NCBI GenBank assembly: GCA_001600695.1
Contig: BCKQ01000016.1
Location: forward strand, 174,715 to 238,714
Reading direction: 5' to 3'
From: Ascoidea asiatica JCM 7603
Lineage: Eukaryota; Fungi; Ascomycota
Length of the DNA stretch: 64,000 bases
Positions within the stretch are counted from its first letter, which is position 1, and the number at the start of each line of letters is the position of its first letter. A program made the position numbers and the translations under genes. The notes beneath the pieces were generated by a model. It had not been told where the DNA came from, made no database searches, and saw nothing but the letters and a program-made list of their open reading frames with translations. Shown one piece after another: positions 51,240 to 63,305 of the stretch.

Positions 51240-51998
51240 TTAACCATACATATCCCAATTTTCTTCTTCATATTCATCATCAATTGGTAAATCCAATTTT
51301 TTTTTATCGTTTACATTCTTCCTACACATTGGACAAGTTGGATGAACTTTTAACCATGGACCAATGCATTCTAAATCAAAATTATGATTACAATTATTTA
51401 GTTTAACAACTAATGGATATTTATCTGATAAATATTCATTCATACAAATTGGACATGCATCTTTTTTCTTTAAATTTTTTTTTGGTATTCTATCTAAAGT
51501 ATCTAAAAAAAGCTGAGAAACTCCATTACTTTTCTCATTACTGTCATTATCAATACCATTAATGAAAATATTTGAATACAAATTTGAATTCAAAATTGTA
51601 TTTGAATTTAAATTTAGATTTAAATTGGAGTTTGGGTTTGAGTTTGAATCATCTGATAACATTTCTTGCAACTGTTGAGCTAAAGCTTCATTATTCATTA
51701 GTCTTACAGCATTTATCAATTCTTCTTCTCTAGTTCGCTCACGAGAATTATAAGTTGGATTCACAGAAAAGAATTCATTCATTACAGCTGTTAATGTCTG
51801 TCGTCTTGAGCTTTCATTTTCATTATTGTTATTGCTGTTATTGTTATTATTCCTAGGAACATTATGATCATCTGTAATTGACATATAATTTGAGTAACCA
51901 CAATTTTGCCATCGAAAAAAGTTAGTAACCTAATTCATTTTTCTCTCAGAAACTTGGATTCAAAAAACAAGTAGCTTACCTTGGTAAGAAGTAGACAT
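51240..51998 (-). CDS. RING-H2 E3 ubiquitin ligase, YBR062C-like; join(51998..51980,51871..51240)
   Basis: CPIC..YLSDKYPLVV.L..CNHNFDLECI..WL....TCPMCR and terminal EENWDMYG; spliced start MSTSYQ/DDHNV. Confidence 0.9.
51872..51979 (-). other. Spliceosomal intron of the RING E3 gene (108 nt)
   Basis: GTAAGC donor, TACTAAC branch (51927-51921), first downstream AG is CAG; phase-1 join is in frame. Confidence 0.88.
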
Positions 51999-52636
51999 TG
52001 TAGATGCAAATCTATGAGTAACTACTAATAAAATTAATAAATAGTACAAAAGTTTTTACTCTTTCTTTCTCTTTTCATATTTTATTTCCTTTCTCTTGGT
52101 TTCTTTTCTTCGTTTGAAATGTTTTATTTTTAGCTCCTCTGAGCCTGCCTTAGTTTCAAAACGCACTTTTTGTAAGAACGGGCTATGGAAATCCAAACAC
52201 TGCGCACAAACGATACTGGTAGCGTTAATAACACTGATAGTCAAATACAATAGTATTAGAGTAGCTAATTAATCAAATATTCAAATATTTAAATATTCAA
52301 ATATTCAAATAATTATTTATTCAAATACTAAAAAAATCAAGACCAGTATCAATCATAAATCATTCTTATTTATCCTTTATTCTCAATTCATGCTTTCAAG
52401 GAACATAATCAATCAACTCTTCTCAGCCCATTCAATTGTTTTTATTATTCGATAATTTTAATCCTTTCCCAGGCTCAATCTTACATCTTTAATCTCAATG
52501 AGATAAGAAAATATCACTTTCGTTTCACCCAATCTTCAAATATCCAAATCTTCAAATCTACAATTTTCAAAGTATTTTTGATTTTATAAATTCCTTATAT
52601 CAGTTTAATCAAATTCTAGTTTCCATTCCATACAAA

Positions 52637-54982
52637 ATGAATCACTATTATCCATATAACCCTCAAACAAATGAACAGGACAAAGAGTTACCGCCAACTC
52701 CAACTGTTCCTTTAAATGCATTTTCTCTTCAGCAGCAGCAGCAACAGCAACAACAGCAAGATCAACAGCAATTCAACCCTTTAAATCCTCAACTGATAAT
52801 GACCGGGGATTTTCCTCCAACTCCATTAACTTCAAGATTTGCTCCATTTCCAAGACAATTCCAAGCTGATAATATGGAAAATGTATCTCAGCAAAGGCCA
52901 TATCCAACTGATGACCTTAATTTTCCTCCTTTGCAACCTCCCCCTCAACCTCAGCCTATGAAAAATCAACAACAACAACTTCATAGCAATAATGATTCTC
53001 AGGATTATCCAAAACCGACAATATCTGATTCTCCTTATCTAAATAAAGATATGATCATGCCTTCTCCAGGTGCTGATACTTTTGATTTCAATTTTCAATA
53101 TAAACATTTAAACAAAGATGCTCTAAGTACAACTGCAAATAGTCAATTTAGTAGTAATATAACGTTAGGTCATAAACTATTAAATAATAATAACACAGTT
53201 TCAACAACTGAACAATCAATTAATCAAAAACAAATGATTTATGATGATGATTATGAAAATGATTATAATAACTTTCATAATAATGCTAATAACAATAACA
53301 ATAACAATGATCCATTCTCTTCTAATAATACAATCAACAATCCAAAAACTACTAGTAATAATAATAATTATGACTCCAAAGATCCAAGATATTCAGTATA
53401 TTCTGATCCTTTCAGTGATGATAAAAATAGAATCGTATCAAGAGGTAATTCAGTCAATACTACAAGCTCAAAAAGTATTTATCATACTAAATCAAATTCT
53501 GATAATGCTGCTGCTGTTTCTTATAATGCAACACCAGCTGTAAGCACCAAATCAAATATCAAAGAAAATAATTTAAGTTCAATTCCTTTATCAAATAGAG
53601 ATTCTCCTCCAAATGAAAATCAATATTTTTTATCTGAACATTCTCCTTCAAACTCTTTTTCAAATTCAAATAGAAATAGAAATTTAAACAGATCTTCAAA
53701 TTTTTCTGATAAAATTTATGATAAAAATTTAAAAGATGCTAAAACTAAAAATTGGAAAAATAAACCATGGATGGTAATAATTTTTACAATTGCAGAAATT
53801 GCTGTATTTTTAGCAGAAATCATAAATTATACTAATTATACGGGTAGTTTTATTCAAATTAAACCTTCTTTTAATCCAATGATTGGTCCTTCTTCTTATG
53901 TTCAAATCAATATGGGTTCAAGATTCAAGCCTTGTATGCAATCAATTTCTGGTATAACTGATACCTTATCCATACAATTTCCTTGTCCAAATTCAACTGA
54001 TACTGATACTGATGTTTGCTCGTTAAATGAATTATGTGGTATGGGAGGTTTAGATTATAATGAGAGTGGATCCGAATATTTACCAAATCAATGGTGGAGA
54101 TTAATAACTCCAATATTTTTACATGCAGGTTTTATTCATATAATTTCAAACTTAATATTACAAATTTTAGTTGGAATGGAAGTTGAAAAACAAATTGGTT
54201 CTTTTCTATTTTTTATAATTTATATGGCTTCGGGAATTTCTGGAAATATTTTTGGAGCAAATTTTAGTAAAAATGGTATATCTTCTGTTGGTGCAAGTGG
54301 AGCATTATTTGGTATAATTGCAACAAATTTATTTTATTATTTATTTTTATTTAAAAAAGAAAATTATACTAAGAAAACTTATCATATTACTTTAAGTTTT
54401 TTAATTTTAGAAATTGTAATAACTTTAGTTTTGGGTTTGTTACCTGGTTTAGATAATTTTGCTCATATTGGTGGATTTGTAGCTGGGTTTTTATTATGTC
54501 TTGTATTATTAAAAGATCCTAATTTTTTAATCAAAGATGAATATAGATATTCTAATTCAAATTTAATTACAAATACAATTGCTAAAAAATCTCATATTTC
54601 AAAAAATTTCTTAATGTTAAATTATGATGATGATAATTATGATTCAAATTCTAAAGCAAAGCATAAATTTTTACCAGATTTTGAGAAAAGAAAAACAGGG
54701 TTATTTATATTCTGGTGTTTTATAAGATTAATTGCTTTAGTAGTTGTAATTTTATGGTTTTCATTATTATCAATAAATTTTTTCAAAAATGGTGGTGGTC
54801 ATTGTTCATGGTGTCAATATTTAAGTTGTATACCTGTTTACAATTGGTGTGATGGAGATATAACAGTTACTTCATCTTCCAGCACAAGTTCAACTTCACT
54901 AGATTTTTTCAATTTATTTTATGGATTAGTATCGGCATATCATTTATTAAAGAGTAAGATAATAAAAGAGAAGAAGGAATAA
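52637..54982 (+). CDS. Rhomboid intramembrane serine protease with iRhom-like architecture
   Basis: QWWRLITPIFLHAGFIH, catalytic GASG and AHIGG, Cys-rich loop after TM1, C-terminal CSWCQYLSCIP...WC, long disordered N-terminus. Confidence 0.92.
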   Translation: MNHYYPYNPQTNEQDKELPPTPTVPLNAFSLQQQQQQQQQQDQQQFNPLNPQLIMTGDFPPTPLTSRFAPFPRQFQADNMENVSQQRPYPTDDLNFPPLQPPPQPQPMKNQQQQLHSNNDSQDYPKPTISDSPYLNKDMIMPSPGADTFDFNFQYKHLNKDALSTTANSQFSSNITLGHKLLNNNNTVSTTEQSINQKQMIYDDDYENDYNNFHNNANNNNNNNDPFSSNNTINNPKTTSNNNNYDSKDPRYSVYSDPFSDDKNRIVSRGNSVNTTSSKSIYHTKSNSDNAAAVSYNATPAVSTKSNIKENNLSSIPLSNRDSPPNENQYFLSEHSPSNSFSNSNRNRNLNRSSNFSDKIYDKNLKDAKTKNWKNKPWMVIIFTIAEIAVFLAEIINYTNYTGSFIQIKPSFNPMIGPSSYVQINMGSRFKPCMQSISGITDTLSIQFPCPNSTDTDTDVCSLNELCGMGGLDYNESGSEYLPNQWWRLITPIFLHAGFIHIISNLILQILVGMEVEKQIGSFLFFIIYMASGISGNIFGANFSKNGISSVGASGALFGIIATNLFYYLFLFKKENYTKKTYHITLSFLILEIVITLVLGLLPGLDNFAHIGGFVAGFLLCLVLLKDPNFLIKDEYRYSNSNLITNTIAKKSHISKNFLMLNYDDDNYDSNSKAKHKFLPDFEKRKTGLFIFWCFIRLIALVVVILWFSLLSINFFKNGGGHCSWCQYLSCIPVYNWCDGDITVTSSSSTSSTSLDFFNLFYGLVSAYHLLKSKIIKEKKE

Positions 54983-55903
54983 TATAAAGATTATCTCATA
55001 TTTCTTTGCTAGTTTCGAAAATTATTCAAATATTAAACGTTATTTTTTTTTCCATTAATTCACATTTTAATTTTTTCAACTGCGTTAAAATTCGGTTCAT
55101 TTCATACTGAATAATAATTTAAATATAATACCAATGGACGTTTATTATAACTAAATTGATTGGATCCAATATAAACTTTTTCTCAATGGGTTTATTTTTT
55201 TATTGGCATTTTACTCAAAGTTTTATCATTAGCTCTAATCAATATCATAGTATTGGTCATATATTTAATTAATCATCATAGCCATAAAAACATAAAATTA
55301 TAAAATTATAAAGATATAATATAAAAATCATTAAAAATCATACAGTGATTTGCAATTTAGATTGTTTTTCAATTCTTCAAAATAACTAATTCATTTCAGG
55401 TTTTTAAATTTGTGATATATTTTCTCTCAGTCATTCGTTTTAATAACTAATAGTTTTATTTCTTCATTATATATATAGACCCTTCTCTTTGTTTTAAATT
55501 TTATACTTCATATATCAATATTTTATCAATTTCAATAGATATATTCTTCATGAACACCTTATTCGATAATGAACTGAAACTAAATGATGATTTTCTGGTT
55601 ATTTAGTTCAATTGTAAAATATGTCCCATTGAGTTTGGGAACTGTACCAATTCGAGAGCCGTACCGAAATTTACATTTTTCGGGTTTCCAAAAATTTTCG
55701 GTGCCTGTTTGAAAGATTTTTCTTCTTTGTTTGAATAGAAACAAAAGATTTGAAATGTATTCAAAATACTTTTGAAGAAAGAGATCATAAGAAAGATACT
55801 GGGTGAACAGTAAAAAACCTAAGAGGACTTTTATTTTTTTGAGATTGATATTATCATCAGTAGTTAAAATAAAGAAAAAAGTTATTTTTTTGTAGGGCCA
55901 AAA

Positions 55904-56893
55904 ATGGGTAAAAATAGTAAAGATAAAAGAGATTTATATTATAGGAAAGCTAAAGAAGAAGGATGGAGAGCTAGATCTGCATTCAAACTACTTCAATTAG
56001 ATGAACAATTCAACTTATTTAATGATGCTGGTTATAAGATCAAAAATGTAGTAGATCTTTGTGCTGCACCAGGTTCCTGGTCCCAAGTTCTTTCTAAAAA
56101 ACTATTGCCTTCAAAAGAAGAGATTAAAATTATTGCAGTTGATTTACAGCCAATGTCCTCTATTGATGGAGTCATTGAATTGAAAGCAGATATAACAGAC
56201 CCTGAAACATTTGAAAAAATTCTTAAGATATTCAATAATGAGAAGGCTGATTTTATTTGCTCTGATGGGGCTCCTGATGTTACTGGTTTACACGATTTAG
56301 ATGAGTATATTCAACATCAATTAGTTTTATCTGCTTTACAATTATCAATAATTTTATTGAAGCCTGGTGGTATATTCATTGCTAAAATCTTCAGGGGAAG
56401 AGATATTGATTTAATTTATTCCAATTTCAGTAAACTATTCAATGAAGTGTATTGTGCTAAGCCCAGATCCTCAAGATCAACATCCTTAGAAGCTTTTATT
56501 GTTTGCAAAGGTTACAAGCCTAATTTCAATAAAATTCCAACATTATCTTTAAATCAAACAGCAGAAGAATTTTTTCAAACTCTTGATATTGGTAGACCTA
56601 TAAGAGATGATAATTTCATAAATTATTTACCTTATGAAGAAAGAATCATTGCTCCTTTTATCGCCTGTGGAGATTTAAATTCAAGTTATGATTCTGATGC
56701 CACTTATTCATTAGATCGATCAGCCAATAATACTTTTAATAAAAATATTGGTAATAATAGTAATGATGAAAGTAATAATACTAATAATAATTATCATAAT
56801 AATAACAAAAACAGTTTAGATCCAGTGCAGTCTCCAACAGCCCCTCCATATAAACAAGCAATAGAGTTGAAAAGAAGGGGTGGATTGAGATAA
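55904..56893 (+). CDS. TRM7: tRNA anticodon-loop 2'-O-methyltransferase (FtsJ family)
   Basis: [62 protein letters not shown]. Confidence 0.97.
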   Translation: MGKNSKDKRDLYYRKAKEEGWRARSAFKLLQLDEQFNLFNDAGYKIKNVVDLCAAPGSWSQVLSKKLLPSKEEIKIIAVDLQPMSSIDGVIELKADITDPETFEKILKIFNNEKADFICSDGAPDVTGLHDLDEYIQHQLVLSALQLSIILLKPGGIFIAKIFRGRDIDLIYSNFSKLFNEVYCAKPRSSRSTSLEAFIVCKGYKPNFNKIPTLSLNQTAEEFFQTLDIGRPIRDDNFINYLPYEERIIAPFIACGDLNSSYDSDATYSLDRSANNTFNKNIGNNSNDESNNTNNNYHNNNKNSLDPVQSPTAPPYKQAIELKRRGGLR

Positions 56894-57175
56894 TATAAGG
56901 AAAGAAATAGAAAAGTTATTTTACATAATAAAGTAGCGTTTCCAATTTGTCAATTTGTCAAATTTTTTCAACTTCAAGTAAAATCCAAATAATTGATATT
57001 ATTCTGACAAAGACTGAATCTTATCAGAAGATTCAATGAATTCATATCCTTTGATCATTCGAGCCAAAAAAGAATATCAGTATAAATTATATAGACTAAG
57101 AAACTTTTGGAAAATTCATAACAAGATATGATAATATGACTATATAAATACATTATTTAATTTTATGGAAAATTA

Positions 57176-58507
57176 TCAAAGCTTGAAATTATTATTAGAA
57201 TCTTTTATATGAATATCATTTTCTGTTATAATAGCATCAATATCATCTTTATCAGCGACATCAAACGCTGGATTCCAAACATTCATGTCAATAGGTGAAA
57301 TTAAAACTTTTCCAATTTCAATATCTTTAGTAAATTCATTTTTTTTTAATTTTTTAGTTAATGGATCAATAACTCCTCCAGTAACTTGCTTGAACTCTAT
57401 TGAAGGTCTTTCTTCAATATTGATATCATCACCAGAATTAACTTTATGATCAATTGAAGAAATCGGTGCAGCCACAATAAATTTAATTTCTGGGTTTAAT
57501 TTAGATAATTGTGATAACATATATGTACCGATTTTATTTGCAGTATCTCCATTTTCAACAATTCTATCTGCTCCAACAATTATGAATTTTATTGGTGGTT
57601 TATTGGCAATTGAAGATAATCTTTTATTAGGATTTTTTAAAGATTTAATTAAAAATGCAGCCATTGAATCAGAGATTAAAGTTGATGGGATTTTTTCTTC
57701 CATTAATTCAAATGCAGTTAATCTTGAACCTTGATTATATGGTCTTGTTTCTAAAGCAAATACATGAGCTAAACTTGAAAAATTTTTCTTAGCTAAAAGA
57801 TCATTTGATTTGTGTTTTTTAGTGATTTGATGATGATCATTTGAATTATTTAATGGATTATTTGAACTTGATTCCCATAATTTTCTAATTATACCTAAAG
57901 CAGTTCCATAACCTGAAGTTGCTAATGAACCTGTATTACAAATAGTTAAAACAGAAAAGTCATTATAATAATTTTGATTAAGCAATTGATTTTGAATATA
58001 AATTTCTCCATTATCACCAATTTTTTTATTATTTAAATAATCATTTTCATAAAGATTAATCGAATAATTATAAATTGAAATGTATATATCATTCAAAGAT
58101 ACTTTTTTATCAAAATTTTCAATTTTTTTAAAATTTGAAAGAATTTCGATTAACTCATTACATGAATTTGATAAATTAACAGCAGTTGGTCTAGCTTCAC
58201 TTAGATAATTGATTCTATTAATCAAAGAGTTTATAAAATTTTCAATGTTATTAAAATCATAAAATACTTGATTTTTCAAAATTCCATTTTCGTTATTGAT
58301 TAAATTATTTAATTCGATAACTATTGAAAAAACAGAAACTATAGCAATTGCAGGGGCACCTCTTACTTTCATTGACTTTATAATACCAAATGCATCAGAA
58401 ATTGAATTTATTTCCTCATATTTAGTTTGAAATGGAATTAATAATTGATTCAAAATTTTTAAGCTAATATTAGCTTCATCAAATTTAATTGCTTCTAAAG
58501 TCCCCAT
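57176..58507 (-). CDS. MRI1: Methylthioribose-1-phosphate isomerase
   Basis: MKVRGAPAIA, RPTAVNL, ICNTGSLATSGYGTALG, ETRPYNQGSRLTA, VGADRI..NGDTANKIGT, WNPAFDV. Confidence 0.97.
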   Translation of the reverse strand: MGTLEAIKFDEANISLKILNQLLIPFQTKYEEINSISDAFGIIKSMKVRGAPAIAIVSVFSIVIELNNLINNENGILKNQVFYDFNNIENFINSLINRINYLSEARPTAVNLSNSCNELIEILSNFKKIENFDKKVSLNDIYISIYNYSINLYENDYLNNKKIGDNGEIYIQNQLLNQNYYNDFSVLTICNTGSLATSGYGTALGIIRKLWESSSNNPLNNSNDHHQITKKHKSNDLLAKKNFSSLAHVFALETRPYNQGSRLTAFELMEEKIPSTLISDSMAAFLIKSLKNPNKRLSSIANKPPIKFIIVGADRIVENGDTANKIGTYMLSQLSKLNPEIKFIVAAPISSIDHKVNSGDDINIEERPSIEFKQVTGGVIDPLTKKLKKNEFTKDIEIGKVLISPIDMNVWNPAFDVADKDDIDAIITENDIHIKDSNNNFKL

Positions 58508-58765
58508 ATTTTGTATATTTTTTCTTTTATTTATCAGCCTTTATTACTAGATTTTAAACAAAAAATTTTTTTGGTCTTATATGATCAGATAAGAAATCAA
58601 ATCTGATAATAATATTTGAATATTAGAACTCAGCTCAATTTAATATATTTTCAGCTTAGGTTTTATTTTAAATTTCTGCTTTTACGATCGAAACTTTTCA
58701 CCTGGGTTCTTTTGGTGTTTATTGTTTAGCACGTTGAATCAACCGATTTCGGTAGAAATGATATG

Positions 58766-58779
58766 TTCCATATTTGGAA
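58766..58779. promoter_or_regulatory. Mcm1/CArG-type site TTCCATATTTGGAA
   Basis: CC(A/T)6GG core with TT/AA flanks in the MRI1-adhesin 2 divergent intergenic region. Confidence 0.5.
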
Positions 58780-61700
58780 ATTTAACTTTTTTCCAGTCAA
58801 TTTAATTCCGACTGCTCGGTGCCTATCAACACGCTTCTTCTTTTGAAAAAGCCCCCGAATTCCGGCCATAAGTTTGCTAATTCCATAAAAGGTGGCGGTG
58901 CTGATTTTCTTGCCCTGATAAGAAAAAAATATCCGTCCATGGAGGTGTGTTTAGCAAAACCCACCGGTTCGGCTTAAGCAGCTGCTTTAGGCCTGGCAGT
59001 TCACTCAATCAATTGTTTGATCAATGGGTATTTGAAGGGGTGAGTAATTTCAGTTACCCCTACGCAATTGTCAGAGAGTTTTGATAATTGGTTTTGTTTG
59101 AGAGAAACAGGATTTATTAATTAGTATTTCTATGAATTTACGTTCAAATGTACTTAGATCATATTCGAAATACGATTGAAGTGATTCCCTAAGAATGGTT
59201 AACAAAACAGCTCTTGCAAAAAATATTTCTGGACTAGAAGTAATGCGCAAAAAAATGTTTTTTTTTTGTTCATTGGAACTCTTTCTTGATTATTTTCACT
59301 TTTAATATACGTTAAAAATCAGATTGGGTAACTTTTGCTGAAATCTTGAACTCTGCTGAAACAGTTTTGAATTTGGATCTCAGATAGCGTATACTTTTCA
59401 AATAAGAAACGACAATCCTGGATGTATATATACTCGACTAAAGTATACCAATTATCTCTCCAAAGTATTAGTTGCTTGAAACTAAGTACCATTTATTAGT
59501 TTTTTTGTTCAAACTAGGTTTCTGAATACAATTGTTTTAACAGAGTAAAAAAAAGATTAATGGGTATTCTTTTTGCAGAATATTCTCCTCTTTTTTGATA
59601 CTTGGATGGTTGAATATTGTCATTCAGCACGAGAATAATTTTTTTCTGAAAGATTGATTATGTTATTCCCTTGAATGGAATATAAAGTCTAGGATTGGAT
59701 AATTCATGGATTTAATAAAACGGATATTCCATATTTTCTAGAATTAAAAAATCAATCTTGCTACCTAAAAATTTCTTTATGATTGGGATTGGTATCGTAA
59801 ATTTTTTATCATACAAAATTTTGAAAACAAATATCTTGGAACTATTGGTATTTTTAAAAATAGATTATAATTTCAAATTTGAAATACAATCATTTCAGAA
59901 AACAGAGAGTAATTTTTTCAAAACACTTATTTTGAATTTAAAAGAGAATCCAACTTTTTCATTGCAGAATTCACTAACTAGTCAAAAATATTTTCTTCCT
60001 TTGCATTATGACTTTTCATAGGTTTTCAATTAAAATCGGTTTGAATGTTTTTAGTTCTTGCAAATACTAATTCAAATATTTTCAGTTTTAATTCCACTTT
60101 CCTAAATCACGTTTGAATAGTGGGTGTTTCATTGAAAGCTTAAACTTAAGCTAGGTATTTTTTTTTTCTATTTTTTTCAATTGAAAGCTATTTAAGAAAA
60201 CAAAATTAGAATAAATGTAAAAATATTGCTATTACTTGAATTATCTAGTTCAAGTAATGGAAGCTTCTATCACAAAACTTATTTTTTTTCAAATTAATGT
60301 TTTCTTCCATTAAATGTCAACAACAGAGCCATGCCGCACAGATTACATTCATTCAAAACATCTAACTTAAACAGAACTATGAATTATCAGCTTATTTTTC
60401 TAAGGTTCCAAAACATTATGTATTTTTTTGAAATTTCGATAGAACATTGAAATAAAAATAATTCCTTTCTAATATAATGCAAAAAAGAGAAAAAAAAATT
60501 TCTATATTAATTCTGTGTCATGAACTGATAATCATTTTTTGTTCGCCCTCCAGTCTTTGGCATTCATACCTGTATAAAAGTGTTGAAATCTGTATTTGAT
60601 TTTTTTATTACCAGAATTGATAACTTTTAAATATTGATTCTTTATTCATTGGTAATAATAGTGTAATAGGTGTTTATTCACTTGGTAAACTGTCTATTCT
60701 TGCCATTAAAAAACCCATATTCTTTGTCTTTAATAAATAATCCAAAATATTTTTTCTCTAAGTATGTATTCAGATTTATTAATTAGTTTACCAGGTACAA
60801 CATAAAACTAGGAGCAGAGTTAAAGTTGAAACATCAGTATTGTCGATATTGTAGTGAAATTTTGAAAATTTATTTTTTGTGGATTTAAATGTGTATTCAA
60901 GGTTTTTTTAGTTTTTTTTTCAAAATTTATCCACAATATCTTTTCAATTTCACACAATAATTGTAAAAATGAAATCAATTTTAATCTGCACATAATAAAG
61001 AAAAAAAAATTTAAAGGAAGACATATTAATTTCCAATTTTGAAACAGAAGACATTTATTTTGGGGATGAAACAGGTTAAACAGCTGCTAATACTTAGTGA
61101 TTCTACAATATTAGCTAGCATTTGGTCATTTGAACTCTCGAATTCAAATACGATTTTGTATTTATTTTGAATTATTATTCCTACTGTAACATTTTTACGG
61201 TAAGTTAAATACCGTTTTTCGTAATACGAACATATTACTGAAAAAAAGTAATATTGGTGACCAATGAAATCGCTACCCTGTTTTTTTGTCCTCTGAATAA
61301 TTTGGTTGAACTTGAAAATACACAACAATGCAGGAAATTCCTTCCAGGTAGCTTGTGGGCGCACAAAATTAGGCTTGTACACATATGGCGTTCAAAGTTT
61401 GTGCGAGGTTTTGCGCGCCAAGGGGTTTAGACTTTCCACATTTTTCTCTGGAAACAGTTATACAGCTACACTAGCTTTTGTGCAGTACTCAGCATACTTA
61501 GCACACTGTCAAGGCTAACAGGAGTTTTGCGCTTAAGCAAAGCGGGCTGCTTTTCTTGGTTGGATGTTGTTCTGATTTGGTGGTATAACTCAGTGGTAAC
61601 GTCGTTACCAAACTTTCTAGCAGGTTTTTTGTAGTAACTATTAACGTTACGTGCAATAATCCTATAAAATTATAGTGGATGTTATGCCTATTTGGTTTTT

Positions 61701-63305
61701 TATGTAGATTATATGCACTACACTGCTCTATGAGAAAAATCACCAATAATTTCCTGTTCGTAACATTATTCTTTTTGAATATTAGCAATTAATGAAGGCA
61801 ATCCAAGATGAAATTCTATATCAATTGGAATCTTCAACTAATTTTAGAAAATGCACTATTCTCTTTCATTAGTTTTTTATTCAAGGTATTACCTTTTGAA
61901 ATTATGAAAATCACTCTGATCTAAAATTTACTACTAATCCTAAAATGCTTTTAAATCCAGATTGAAACCACAGTACAGTAAGTAAATTGTGAAATTGTAT
62001 TGAAATATTAAAGTATTATCCAAGATGATTAAAATCCTTTTTAGAAACGTTTTTAATTCTTTTTAGAAAATTTATCTCTCTTATTAGAGCTAAAACCCAA
62101 TTTTCATATCACTCGAGTCAAGAATAAATTTCTTTTTTACTTGGGGTTAAATAAATATCGCAAGTATGGTATAATATATTCATCGTGCTATTTCAATGAT
62201 TAGATTATTCTTAATAATTGAATTACTAAGAAGAGAACAATTTCGATCTTTTGGGATGAAAATACGATATCGAATGTCCATTTCAATCAAATGAACTAAT
62301 TAACTGTTAAATATCCCAAGGCTACTATTTTTAAGGTTCTTGCCTAAAAAAGTGCAATTTCTAAAAATGCGCATTTAATTGATTAATCAACTTATTTACT
62401 AGCAACTGTAATTGGGTGTCATATACAATTGGCCCACTTAAAGGTGTAGTTAACCACTTAACCATTCAACTTTTTAAATAATCATCCTATTTTTCCAATA
62501 CTTTTCAATAGAAATTAAAATTTATTCAATGAAAATATGATCGTATTTCAATGATTTTAATTCAACTCTAAAAAGGTCAGGAAAATTGATAGTATTAGGC
62601 TATTTCAATGTACGATGATAGCTTAACTTACATTACAAGAAATTATGGTTGTGAAAAAAAGAATTATTTGAAAAATGGAATTAAGTTAATATGAAATTCT
62701 ATTCAATAATTTTATTTTAATGCTCTACAGTACTATCATTATATCTTTTGTACGGTATTTCAATTCAATATTAAATCTAAGACCTTCTAAAAATAATTAT
62801 TATTTTTCATAGTTAAATCAGCTTCTTCAGTTAAATAATTTCATTTAACTTTAATCAGAATCAGATGGAACAAAGAACTTGTAAAATAGTTGAATATCAA
62901 CAATTTAGTTTATTTTCTTTAACCTAATTGACATGCATAGAAAACTTTTTTCCACACTTTACATCAATTCAAGATGTTTGGATCATCATTTCTTTATAGT
63001 ATAAAAACCCCAAAAATTCTCCATTTAATTTTAAACTATTCAACATTATAATTTCTTTAATAATTTTCAAATTCATTCAAGTAAAAATCTACCAATATTA
63101 CTGTCTTTCGTTCAATATTTTTTGAAAAATTCAATGAACAATTGATTTCAATTTCATTTTTAAGATCAAGCCTTGATAAATAATTATTAAAAATATCCAA
63201 TAATCAAAAATATACCAACAATAATATCAAACTTAACTGTAATATAATTAGTGATCTGTGAAATTTGAACAGGAAAAATAGAATAAGAAACTTTTCAAAT
63301 TCAAT

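Noticed and set aside
55584-55700. ATGATGA as a possible box C snoRNA start
   Set aside because: No suitably placed CTGA box D or terminal stem.
58508-63305. Long gene-free region as a centromere or transposon remnant; small ORFs at 59758, 61026, 61306 and 61498
   Set aside because: No CDE elements, long inverted repeats or RT/transposase traces seen. The region is better explained as the adhesin 2 promoter, although a regional centromere cannot be excluded from sequence alone.
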